Shown one piece after another: positions 16,885 through 25,120 of a stretch of 64,000 nt of DNA (positions within the stretch are counted from its first letter, which is position 1; the number at the start of each line of letters is the position of its first letter). The notes below the pieces were generated by a model. It ran no database searches. It saw only the letters and a list, made by a program, of their open reading frames with translations, and was not told the DNA's origin. Position numbers and translations under genes: made by a program. The stretch is from a virus: positions 1 to 64,000 of the IMG/VR virus record IMGVR_UViG_3300032257_000004; one strand, written 5' to 3'.

Positions 16885-17278
16885 CAAATGTCCCCATATC
16901 GCAAAGCTGGACTATAGGACAATATTTTCCTTCGATTCCAACCTACCGGAGAAGTACCATCTGCTGATGAACGACTATTTTCAGCATTTCGTACAGTTGG
17001 ATTTCCGCGACAGTGACGACGGGAAGTCTAAGCGAGACCTCCAACCGGTCCATTGCGTGAATTGTGGAGCGCCTTGGTCGGGTGCTGAGGGCTCCATCGA
17101 GTGGGGGGCTAAGCACGGGGAGGTCCATTGTAAGGACTGCCAATGGCCCGGACGCGCCATCCACATTGTCCAAGACCCTGAAACGGGTGAGAAAATAGCC
17201 ACTCTTCGCAACTTCCCGTTGATGGTACACCCCGACTATGTAACGAAAGTTTTAGACGGAGGCTTGCCGAAACTATGA
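16877..17278 (+). CDS. Zinc-binding protein
   Basis: CVNC...CKDC. Confidence 0.7.
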   Translation: MDSKCPHIAKLDYRTIFSFDSNLPEKYHLLMNDYFQHFVQLDFRDSDDGKSKRDLQPVHCVNCGAPWSGAEGSIEWGAKHGEVHCKDCQWPGRAIHIVQDPETGEKIATLRNFPLMVHPDYVTKVLDGGLPKL

Positions 17279-17550
17279 AGATGACTCAAGACCTCACTTA
17301 TTCACTGATTCCAGATCAAGTGATGAAAGAGAAAGGGATGCCCCCTATTGGAATTGTTATGTGGGCCTTAGGGAGGTCTAGTCATTCTCACAGTTTCGAC
17401 ACGATTAAAAACGGACTTGAATATTTTTTGCGATTGGGGAAGTATTCGGTCCTAGCAGACGGAGGCTGGGGAGGCCCGCCGGGACCGTGGTTGTTCCATT
17501 GGAATGCAAAACACAATCTTTGGACATTTGGAGGGTATTATGCAGGTTAG
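17275..17550 (+). CDS. Hypothetical protein
   Basis: Coupled ORF. Confidence 0.6.
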   Translation: MKMTQDLTYSLIPDQVMKEKGMPPIGIVMWALGRSSHSHSFDTIKNGLEYFLRLGKYSVLADGGWGGPPGPWLFHWNAKHNLWTFGGYYAG

Positions 17551-17716
17551 TTTCGACCCCTTTGAGATTCGCGAGATACAGACGGCGATGAACATTCGCA
17601 TCAAATACTACGAGGACCGGAACGAGGGCGACAAAGCCGAGTATGTGCGGTATATCAAGGGCAATTTAGATATGCTGTTGGAGGCGAACGCCCGGTATGG
17701 ACCGCAAGAGGGCTGA
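17540..17716 (+). CDS. Hypothetical protein
   Basis: GGAGG SD, ATG at 17540. Confidence 0.6.
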   Translation: MQVSFDPFEIREIQTAMNIRIKYYEDRNEGDKAEYVRYIKGNLDMLLEANARYGPQEG

Positions 17717-17717
17717 C

Positions 17718-17746
17718 TAGCACCGCAGCCCCCGGCGTGGTACACT
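17718..17746 (+). promoter_or_regulatory. Early promoter with box
   Basis: TAGCAC-CGCAGCCCCCGGCGTGG-TACACT. Confidence 0.75.
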
Positions 17747-17768
17747 GTGCACAGATAGGGAGATAGGC

Positions 17769-17966
17769 ATGCACGAGTACGCAAAGTTGTTGGTTTTGGT
17801 GTTCAACCGCCATCTGGTGAAATTCAACATCCACTTCAAGACGAGGGAGATCAAATTGGAGCCGAAAGAAGAGGGCGATGACCCCACGAACAAGTGGGCG
17901 GACAATGTCCTTGTCGTGTCGAGTAAAATGTATGCACAGATCAGGATTTTGGGAGGAAGAGCATGA
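17769..17966 (+). CDS. Hypothetical protein
   Basis: GGGAG SD. Confidence 0.6.
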   Translation: MHEYAKLLVLVFNRHLVKFNIHFKTREIKLEPKEEGDDPTNKWADNVLVVSSKMYAQIRILGGRA

Positions 17967-18616
17967 ATCCGGTAGCACAAATGTTAGGTTCCAATTCGTT
18001 GGACAAACTGATCCCCAGCGTGGACTGGCCGGAGGGCGAGAGCGGAGTTTGGAAAATCCAGAAGTTTGAAATCAGTGAACATGGTGCCACCATGTTCAAC
18101 ATGCGCGCCGCGCTGGACCCCGGAAATAGGTGCGTTGTTCCCGGATCGTACACCCGTTTGGTTCGCGGCAGAACGACTGTCATGTCGGATACTCCCGCCG
18201 AGAAGCGGGACCATTATAGTTTTATTCGCGCCGCTCACGGAAAAGTCCTAGTTAATGGACTGGGTCTGGGAATGGCCACTAATGCGTTGCTTCTAAAGAG
18301 CAACGTGGAGCGGGTGGTTGTGGTCGAAAATAGTGAGGACGTCATCTCCCTTGTCGCCCCTCACTTTCGATCCAACCCCCGCTTCGAACTTGTTGTAGGC
18401 GACGCGCTGGAGTTGAAGCCCAAAGATTTTGATGTCAAATTCGATTGCGCATGGCATGATATTTGGGACAGCACCACCCCCGAGGAGTACGAGGAGATGA
18501 AATTCCTCAACCGCCGATGGGGCAGGGCAGTGGGTTTCCAAGGTACGTGGTGCAAGGAAGAGGCAGCGAGAAATGCTGCAGAGGAGCGCCGGAGTGAACG
18601 AGGCTACTATTGGTGA
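17963..18616 (+). CDS. Class I SAM-dependent methyltransferase (spermidine-synthase-like fold)
   Basis: VLVNGLGLG motif I, VVVVE, VGDA, FDCAWHDIW. Confidence 0.8.
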   Translation: MNPVAQMLGSNSLDKLIPSVDWPEGESGVWKIQKFEISEHGATMFNMRAALDPGNRCVVPGSYTRLVRGRTTVMSDTPAEKRDHYSFIRAAHGKVLVNGLGLGMATNALLLKSNVERVVVVENSEDVISLVAPHFRSNPRFELVVGDALELKPKDFDVKFDCAWHDIWDSTTPEEYEEMKFLNRRWGRAVGFQGTWCKEEAARNAAEERRSERGYYW

Positions 18617-18783
18617 ACGGGTGTCGATGCAAAGAGCCTTATACGGTAGCCGTGCGGGTGGTAAATCGTGGCACCGGAGAATGGTGGCCTTATACCAAGT
18701 GTACCGCCTGTGGTTGGATGCAAAAGAGAGAGGGGCCCACGGAGGGCCCCGCCAACAGCAAAAATCAGGAAGTAAAAGCATGA
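18613..18783 (+). CDS. 56-aa zinc-ribbon protein (not in the ORF track)
   Basis: GTG start; CRC...CTACG; GTGA and ATGA coupling. Confidence 0.6.
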   Translation: MNGCRCKEPYTVAVRVVNRGTGEWWPYTKCTACGWMQKREGPTEGPANSKNQEVKA

Positions 18784-19043
18784 GCGAGTCTAATGAAAAT
18801 AGTGGATCACTGGACCCCAATTATCCTCATAAAATGGTGTTGCAAGACGATGCAACCCCCGGCGAGATTGTCGATATTCTCAATTCACTGGGAATGGTGT
18901 GCAACGATATCACATATGAAAGCCTACCGGAGCGGTCCCGTCGACATGTCCAAAGAGACTCAAACTTTCTGGAAAGCTTTGCCGGTCTTGAACTCGAAAA
19001 CAACCACGTAGTCAACAGCGAGGACGACGATGGCTCTGCCTAA
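18780..19043 (+). CDS. Hypothetical protein
   Basis: ATG at 18780. Confidence 0.6.
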   Translation: MSESNENSGSLDPNYPHKMVLQDDATPGEIVDILNSLGMVCNDITYESLPERSRRHVQRDSNFLESFAGLELENNHVVNSEDDDGSA

Positions 19044-19335
19044 ACAGCAGGTATACGGCGATTCGGGCAAAAGGTTGGGGGTTTCGAAGGCTCAGTTCTA
19101 TAGTTCCGCATGGTTTAGGTTCCGCCGCAAGGAAGACGGCAAGTGGTTGGCGCTGGACGGCGAGTCTTTAGTAGATAACGACTTCTGGGCCTATACAGGC
19201 AACGCACAGCAGGCGGAGGCTTTAATGAAAAAGAACCCCGAGTTGTCGAACCCCGAAAAGTGGACCAAGATGAATGTAACCAAACAGTTGCGGTCCGATG
19301 CGATTAATAACAAAGCGAAAGTGAGACAGTTATGA
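19030..19335 (+). CDS. Hypothetical protein
   Basis: GAGG SD. Confidence 0.7.
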   Translation: MALPKQQVYGDSGKRLGVSKAQFYSSAWFRFRRKEDGKWLALDGESLVDNDFWAYTGNAQQAEALMKKNPELSNPEKWTKMNVTKQLRSDAINNKAKVRQL

Positions 19336-19586
19336 GAACGAGCTTTTTTGGAGATATTTACTACGAACCCGGCGATGATTGGACTGCCGACGAGGGTTTT
19401 GGTGACATTGATTCGGTCGATGTTAATCCCGCCCATCTGGATGATCTACCCTATGCCGAGTTCCGGGACCACGAGGGGGAAACGCTGTTCAATGTTGAGT
19501 TTAGACTGGACACCCCCGTTGAACACATAAAAGTGGAGTTGGAAAAGGCTCTCGGGTCGTCGGTCATGATAGAGGTGATGGGATGA
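19332..19586 (+). CDS. Hypothetical acidic protein
   Basis: Coupled ORF. Confidence 0.7.
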   Translation: MRTSFFGDIYYEPGDDWTADEGFGDIDSVDVNPAHLDDLPYAEFRDHEGETLFNVEFRLDTPVEHIKVELEKALGSSVMIEVMG

Positions 19587-20206
19587 AAATTTATGTCGCC
19601 ACCGGGAATGAACACAAGTATCTAGAGATTCGCCGCATATTGTCCTTCATGAACTCCGAATTTGTGAAGGTGGACTGCGAGGCCAGCGAAAATTTCGACT
19701 GCCCCGGCAAAATCGCCCGCAACAAGACGCTAAAGGCCCAAGAGGTGCTGGGGGACAAGTTGGAGGGGAACGACTGGATGATACTGGCCGAGGACAGTTT
19801 CATGGAGTTTGTCTTCGCCAATCGCGCCTGTAATTTCATCAATTGTTCCAAAGTATGGGAAGACGAAGATTTCGCGGTCGAGCATATTAGGCACCATCTT
19901 AATCTACAGCAGGAGTTGGATGGGGAAATCCTCGATGCCTTAACGTATACAGGAGTGGTGGTTGGATGCGCTGTATCCGTTATCACTCCCGATGTCCCGC
20001 AGAGCATTGTCCAGAACGTTGCATATGGACATTATGATTCTATACCTGCGGGAGATGGATGGGGGTTTGACAATTATGTCGCCATACCACCGTTTGAAGA
20101 TCGGACAATGGGCCAGTGGACGGACGAGATGAAAGCGGTGCATTCGCCTAGGTCCAAGGCTATCATACGCGCGGTTTCCGATGTCTTGGCGAGTTCCGGT
20201 GAATGA
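19583..20206 (+). CDS. Divergent HAM1/ITPase-family (non-canonical purine NTP pyrophosphatase) protein
   Basis: VATGNEHKYLE, IARNK, LAEDS, GWGFD, HSPR correspond to HAM1 motifs. Confidence 0.8.
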   Translation: MKIYVATGNEHKYLEIRRILSFMNSEFVKVDCEASENFDCPGKIARNKTLKAQEVLGDKLEGNDWMILAEDSFMEFVFANRACNFINCSKVWEDEDFAVEHIRHHLNLQQELDGEILDALTYTGVVVGCAVSVITPDVPQSIVQNVAYGHYDSIPAGDGWGFDNYVAIPPFEDRTMGQWTDEMKAVHSPRSKAIIRAVSDVLASSGE

Positions 20207-20580
20207 GGCCCCAGTTTTTCGTTTCGGAGTCTATCCTTGAGGACCTGTCCAACCAAGCCAACAAGGTAGGGCACTCGCAGCCTTCTATACAGTTGTCTTC
20301 GGCAATGGTTAAGGGTCTGCTGGCCGACCTGTCCACCCTGAAACTCCGTCTGCAGCGGTACGATTCTACGATCGGGATACTGCTACCGGGCGTGAACCCG
20401 GATGATTACGACAAGGCAGTTGCTGTGCTAAAGTCGACTATCGACCAAGCCTGCCAGTGGCCGGATGAAATGTACGCAAAGCACTGGCAATCCCGCGAAA
20501 TGCACAGGGTTTGGTTCAATGATGACACAGGAGACTGGGAAATTGACCAACATGCTTACGGACGGAAGGTGGAGGATTGA
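20203..20580 (+). CDS. Hypothetical protein
   Basis: Coupled ORF. Confidence 0.65.
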   Translation: MRPQFFVSESILEDLSNQANKVGHSQPSIQLSSAMVKGLLADLSTLKLRLQRYDSTIGILLPGVNPDDYDKAVAVLKSTIDQACQWPDEMYAKHWQSREMHRVWFNDDTGDWEIDQHAYGRKVED

Positions 20581-20593
20581 AACCACCTACACC

Positions 20594-20791
20594 ATGCTGA
20601 ATACCGAACAAACTTTTCTTTTTTGCGTGGACGAACTGTCCGATCTACACGACATCGTGGAGCAGGGGCCGGATTTCAACGCTCTGAAGTCCGTCCATAT
20701 TGAGTACGCTTTCCGGGATGAATCCACTATCAACGAGGGCGAACTCGCCAAGGAGTTAATCGAATTTCAGAGCCAACTCGAATCGAAGTAG
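20594..20791 (+). CDS. Hypothetical protein
   Basis: Start uncertain (20576 or 20594). Confidence 0.55.
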   Translation: MLNTEQTFLFCVDELSDLHDIVEQGPDFNALKSVHIEYAFRDESTINEGELAKELIEFQSQLESK

Positions 20792-20799
20792 GCACCGGG

Positions 20800-21183
20800 G
20801 TGCTGATATTCTCAGTGGTAGGGGGCAAGAGATTTCCCTCTCTAATCACTGAAGTTTCTCATATTGGGGAGTGGGGTATCGTCTCACTGGCCGACACGAA
20901 CAAAAAGTACATTCTCAGCGAGGATCGTACCGTGTTGAGGGAGCCAAACGATGCTCAACTTTATTCCTCGGACTATGGCGTCGCGTTGACCGGCGAGGTT
21001 CGAGAGCAGTGCGACAGGTACTACAGGTCCAACGACCTTCTAAACGAAATTCGAAAGTCGGCTCAGGAATTGGTGTCTACAGTCAATGTTCACCTGTCCC
21101 GGCACGAGTTTAGTGCAGACGATATAGAGACTTACCAGAAGCTTATAAAGAAAATGAGGAAGATATGTCAAAATTTCACGTAA
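20800..21183 (+). CDS. Hypothetical protein
   Basis: ORF in operon. Confidence 0.6.
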   Translation: MLIFSVVGGKRFPSLITEVSHIGEWGIVSLADTNKKYILSEDRTVLREPNDAQLYSSDYGVALTGEVREQCDRYYRSNDLLNEIRKSAQELVSTVNVHLSRHEFSADDIETYQKLIKKMRKICQNFT

Positions 21184-21731
21184 TGACAGACATTGAGACG
21201 ATGGGCGTTGGGTCCAACAGCCCCATCATCGCGATCGGCGCAGTTTCGTTCGACATCAATGCGGAGCCTGGAACATTCGACGAATTGTTCTACGAGCGCG
21301 TAAATTTGGATTCGAACCTGAAAGCGGGTCGGCAAGTTCGCGCCGATACAGTCGCGTGGTGGTTCCGGCAAAATGACAATGCACGACATGAAGCCGCCGA
21401 TGCAATTGAACGGGGCATGGACCTCGATAAGGCTCTCCAGAGTTTTAGGGTGTTTTTCGATGTAGTCGTGTCGAAGGGCCAGATAGACGGGGTGTGGTCG
21501 CACGGTGCCAGCTTTGACCTGCCTATACTAGAGGACGCCTACGCGGCCAACGGAGATACCGCCCCGTGGCCCTTTTGGGCTGACCGGTGCTCACGCACCC
21601 TAGCGGCGCTGACGGACGCCCGCAGTGTATCCGTGGACCGCCCCCGGCCTACCACGGCGCACGACGCACTAGAGGATTCCAAGGCACAGGCCGAGTGGGT
21701 CCAGAGGATGTGGCAATCCTTAAGTCGATAA
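21165..21731 (+). CDS. DEDDh 3'-5' exonuclease (phage 3'-5' exoribonuclease-like)
   Basis: MTDIETMG, HGASFD, HDALED. Confidence 0.85.
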   Translation: MSKFHVMTDIETMGVGSNSPIIAIGAVSFDINAEPGTFDELFYERVNLDSNLKAGRQVRADTVAWWFRQNDNARHEAADAIERGMDLDKALQSFRVFFDVVVSKGQIDGVWSHGASFDLPILEDAYAANGDTAPWPFWADRCSRTLAALTDARSVSVDRPRPTTAHDALEDSKAQAEWVQRMWQSLSR

Positions 21732-21847
21732 GGCCAGCTGAGAGAACCGACAGTAGGGATGTTCACCACAATGTGCCACTCCCTACTGTATTCTATGGGG
21801 ACCAGTTCCGATGGATGTGTATCAACGACAAGAGGAGGTTATTTCGC

Positions 21848-22402
21848 ATGAGATACCCTCTTTACAAGAGATACCTAGTAACGGACAAAACCACGGTTCA
21901 CTTGTTCGAAAAACTCGAACGAGACGCTTCCAAGTGGCTAAACGAGATGGCTCAGTATATGGAAGCGGAGGGCGTAGTAGTCACCTCCCACATCGCCGGT
22001 TTGATTTTCGACAACGATGCAGCCCCCGAAGAATCTAATAATTCCCTCGGAACGTTTGGCTGGTATAAAGTGGGCGATGCACCCGATACCAAGGGTGCTA
22101 TTCGGGCCTACTTCATGCCGAGGCGAGATACTGAGGCCGGAAAGTACCAGTTTCAAACCATCTCGCTGTGGATTAAGCCCACTTGGGCTCACTTCCAGAG
22201 ACTGGTGGGTTTGACCTCCTCTCCCGAAGAAAGGGACGGGGAAATTCTATGGGCCCATTACGAGAGAATGAAGGGCGCTATTGTGATCAACGTGCCGTTC
22301 AATATAAAAAAGCACCCCAAGGACACTATACCCATTAAAGAGTCCGAATACTGGAAAATGAGAGAAGAAAATGTCCAAAGCCCCTATAACACTGACGCCT
22401 GA
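21848..22402 (+). CDS. Hypothetical protein
   Basis: AGGAGG SD before ATG 21848. Confidence 0.7.
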   Translation: MRYPLYKRYLVTDKTTVHLFEKLERDASKWLNEMAQYMEAEGVVVTSHIAGLIFDNDAAPEESNNSLGTFGWYKVGDAPDTKGAIRAYFMPRRDTEAGKYQFQTISLWIKPTWAHFQRLVGLTSSPEERDGEILWAHYERMKGAIVINVPFNIKKHPKDTIPIKESEYWKMREENVQSPYNTDA

Positions 22403-22607
22403 ACAAGCGAGTCACCTCCGAGATATTCTTCTAGTGGTTGGAGTCAGCGACGACGTAACCAATAGCGTTGCGGCGCTGAATGGAGAGTTTGTTAACAGGT
22501 GCCCCCTTGGTCCCCACAACCAAGAGGGCGTGTCGAACTGGATCAACAACATCACCAGCGAAGCCCGGAAGGTTTTGGTTCCCCTCGTATGGAAGCCCGA
22601 AGACTAA
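22371..22607 (+). CDS. Hypothetical protein
   Basis: ORF in operon. Confidence 0.6.
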   Translation: MSKAPITLTPEQASHLRDILLVVGVSDDVTNSVAALNGEFVNRCPLGPHNQEGVSNWINNITSEARKVLVPLVWKPED

Positions 22608-22674
22608 ACGGATACTGGTGCTGCGCGCACCGATCTGATAAGATAGCGCATAGACAACTGTTAGGTATCAAGAG

Positions 22675-23382
22675 ATGGCCGAAGCCAAACTAGTTAATGT
22701 TGGAAACTTCTACACCGTCATACTGTCCGCGTGGAGAAGCTTCAAAAACTTCAAGGGCCCCAATGCCGAGGCCCTAACTCTCGCGGCTAAAACTTCTATG
22801 GGCATAGACCGGGAAGCGGCGATCGATCGGATGATCAAGACGGCTTCCGAGATTAACAAAATTCGCAAGCAGGATTCGTTTATATCAAGCCTGATTGAGG
22901 ATGCGATTAGGGAAGCGGATGTAACTTACGGGCACAATGGTAATCTTTTGTCGCTCGCCAACGTCTTCTCCGAGATTTCTATGATGCTGTTGTCGAAAGG
23001 GTATCATGTCCGCGCTGCCGAGGGTCTGGCCACCAATTGCGACGAATTGAGTGTGTTCTTCGTAGAATTATCAGAGGCAGACGAAGCCGTGGCTGCGGAG
23101 ATCGACACCCGCATTGTGGTCAAAGATATGTACGGCGTCAAACTTCGCGCCTTTGTGACGGGCGACCAGCCGTCGCAAAATACCAAGCTGGGGTTGGACC
23201 CGGCTATTGCGAAGAAGCGAATGGATGCCGTCATCATCAACTCAAGTAAAGAGTTGTTGAGCCTTTTCGCCCGAGTCCTGAAGCCCCACTTAGCTGAGTT
23301 CATATCGAGCCGAGTAGAGGGGGCGACACCGTCCATGGTGGAAGAGGCCGTAGACGAATTCATTGACGGATATGGTATTTAA
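22675..23382 (+). CDS. Hypothetical helical protein
   Basis: 235-aa ORF. Confidence 0.75.
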   Translation: MAEAKLVNVGNFYTVILSAWRSFKNFKGPNAEALTLAAKTSMGIDREAAIDRMIKTASEINKIRKQDSFISSLIEDAIREADVTYGHNGNLLSLANVFSEISMMLLSKGYHVRAAEGLATNCDELSVFFVELSEADEAVAAEIDTRIVVKDMYGVKLRAFVTGDQPSQNTKLGLDPAIAKKRMDAVIINSSKELLSLFARVLKPHLAEFISSRVEGATPSMVEEAVDEFIDGYGI

Positions 23383-23404
23383 AGTGTAGCATGGAGTTTT
23401 AGTT

Positions 23405-23710
23405 GTGGAGAATATAATGCACTGTTTTCAAATCAGTTTTAATGCCGGTTCCGAAATGCAGTTCTTCATTTCCAATGAACTCCATGCAGCGAAGATCAAA
23501 GAGTCGATTTTATTTCGAGTAAAAAATTGGGCGAACTCGGATATAGACTATTTGTTCCATATTGAATCCGACGAGGGCGATTTTATGTTCTACGCTTCTC
23601 AAGTCACTTCATTCAAGTGCTACCGGCCAGCCGATGCCCAACGCGCTTTTGACGAAGCGGACATAGAGTCCGAGTTGGCGTCGATGGAAATTCCGGGAGA
23701 AGCGAATTGA
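23405..23710 (+). CDS. Hypothetical protein
   Basis: ORF in operon. Confidence 0.65.
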   Translation: MENIMHCFQISFNAGSEMQFFISNELHAAKIKESILFRVKNWANSDIDYLFHIESDEGDFMFYASQVTSFKCYRPADAQRAFDEADIESELASMEIPGEAN

Positions 23711-23901
23711 TTTTCTTTTGGATTGCAGTTGTAGTGGAGTTTCTCGTCGGAGCATTCCTGTACGGCATGTCTATTCGACACGCCTATTATCTGCTAACAT
23801 TCGAGTGGAGGCAGGACTTGATAGCCAAAGCCGTTCTTGAGGTCGTGTTTGGATCGGCCTTTATATCTATTGCAACAGTGTCTATGGTAATCGCTCAATG
23901 A
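23707..23901 (+). CDS. Small two-TM membrane protein
   Basis: Two hydrophobic segments. Confidence 0.6.
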   Translation: MIFFWIAVVVEFLVGAFLYGMSIRHAYYLLTFEWRQDLIAKAVLEVVFGSAFISIATVSMVIAQ

Positions 23902-24329
23902 CTAAAGAAAAAATTCTCCTTGTTGCGTTCATGGGGGTGGTAACTCTCGCGGCGTTTGTCTTCACCGTTGTTATGTCCAACCGAGACATCTACATTCAGG
24001 TTCCCAAAGGCTATTCCAGCCCCGCTGAGTACGCGGCGGATTTGGCGGTTTCGCACGAATCTGTTGTTGATGACATGGAAGCCAGTGTTGAACGGTTTAA
24101 TCGAGTAGGCGCGCTCTACTATGTTACTGACGAGGAGCGGTTCGCCGTGCACCGGCAGTTGTCCCAGATTCGAATGCAAATCCTCGCGTCGCGGATAGAG
24201 TGCCACACCTACGTACTGGAATTACAGTCGTTGTCGGAGTCGATGTCCACGCCGATCGACGTACCGAGCGCCAGTACATGCAACGTTTTCCTTCCCGAGG
24301 GCTCTAATGAGACTTTACAAACAGAATAA
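23898..24329 (+). CDS. Membrane-anchored protein
   Basis: N-terminal TM helix. Confidence 0.7.
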   Translation: MTKEKILLVAFMGVVTLAAFVFTVVMSNRDIYIQVPKGYSSPAEYAADLAVSHESVVDDMEASVERFNRVGALYYVTDEERFAVHRQLSQIRMQILASRIECHTYVLELQSLSESMSTPIDVPSASTCNVFLPEGSNETLQTE

Positions 24330-24795
24330 GCCCGCCACCTGCGGGTTGGTGGCTTTTGCCCACGCCATTCATTCCGAAAGGGACCTAGAGTTCCTGCAAA
24401 CCGATGTGGAAAAATTTCTAGGTCGGAGATTGGGGGAGAAGTTCATCGACCCCGAGACCAAGAACGAAATGGTGTCGGGTGTCACAACCGCAGAAATGTC
24501 CTGCCTTCTTTCCAAAGAGCGGAAGGTTCATTCGGTATTCGACCTTCAAGCCTACTCCGCTAGGTCCCTGTACGGGTACAATATCGACAGGTTGTCGGGA
24601 ACCCGATGGCCGGACCATGTCTTCATGAATGGCATGCCAGCGGTACTGGGGGTAATCCGAACGGACGAACTCTATAATTCGGTTGGACACTGGATTTATG
24701 TGGAGGAGGGAAAGATTATTGATGGGCTTAAAGATAGCCCATTTGGCGACTGGGACGGAATCCAAGTTCTAATGGGGTGCTTGATAAGGCCCTGA
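24307..24795 (+). CDS. Papain-like (C39-like) cysteine peptidase domain protein
   Basis: Q-x5-CG and GHWIYV...IID nucleophile/His/Asp pattern. Confidence 0.6.
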   Translation: MRLYKQNKPATCGLVAFAHAIHSERDLEFLQTDVEKFLGRRLGEKFIDPETKNEMVSGVTTAEMSCLLSKERKVHSVFDLQAYSARSLYGYNIDRLSGTRWPDHVFMNGMPAVLGVIRTDELYNSVGHWIYVEEGKIIDGLKDSPFGDWDGIQVLMGCLIRP

Positions 24796-24844
24796 AGGTG
24801 TGTTAAATTCTTCGAATTGTTAATCCATCTCAGGAGATAAAAAG

Positions 24845-25057
24845 ATGGCCGCTACTAAGATGTCTTCCGAAGAGTACCAAGCCCGTTTGGCGGGTGCCCG
24901 TGCTGCGTTCAACACAATGTCGAACCAGTTTTCAAATGCTCCAACAGCAAAGAACCAATCCCTTTTGAGTTCTATGAGCAACGAGTTTCAGGCGTACCAC
25001 AACGCCGCTTCAAACTCCGATAAAACCGAATATTCAGTGAATCTCACTGCATCCTAA
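24845..25057 (+). CDS. Small helical protein with its own promoter
   Basis: TTGATA-N17-TAAATT at 24781-24809; AGGAG SD. Confidence 0.7.
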   Translation: MAATKMSSEEYQARLAGARAAFNTMSNQFSNAPTAKNQSLLSSMSNEFQAYHNAASNSDKTEYSVNLTAS

Positions 25058-25120
25058 AATGGGTGCGTTGACGGACCGGCCTGCCGTGTGATAATCTGTG
25101 TCTCCCCCTCGGAGATGACC

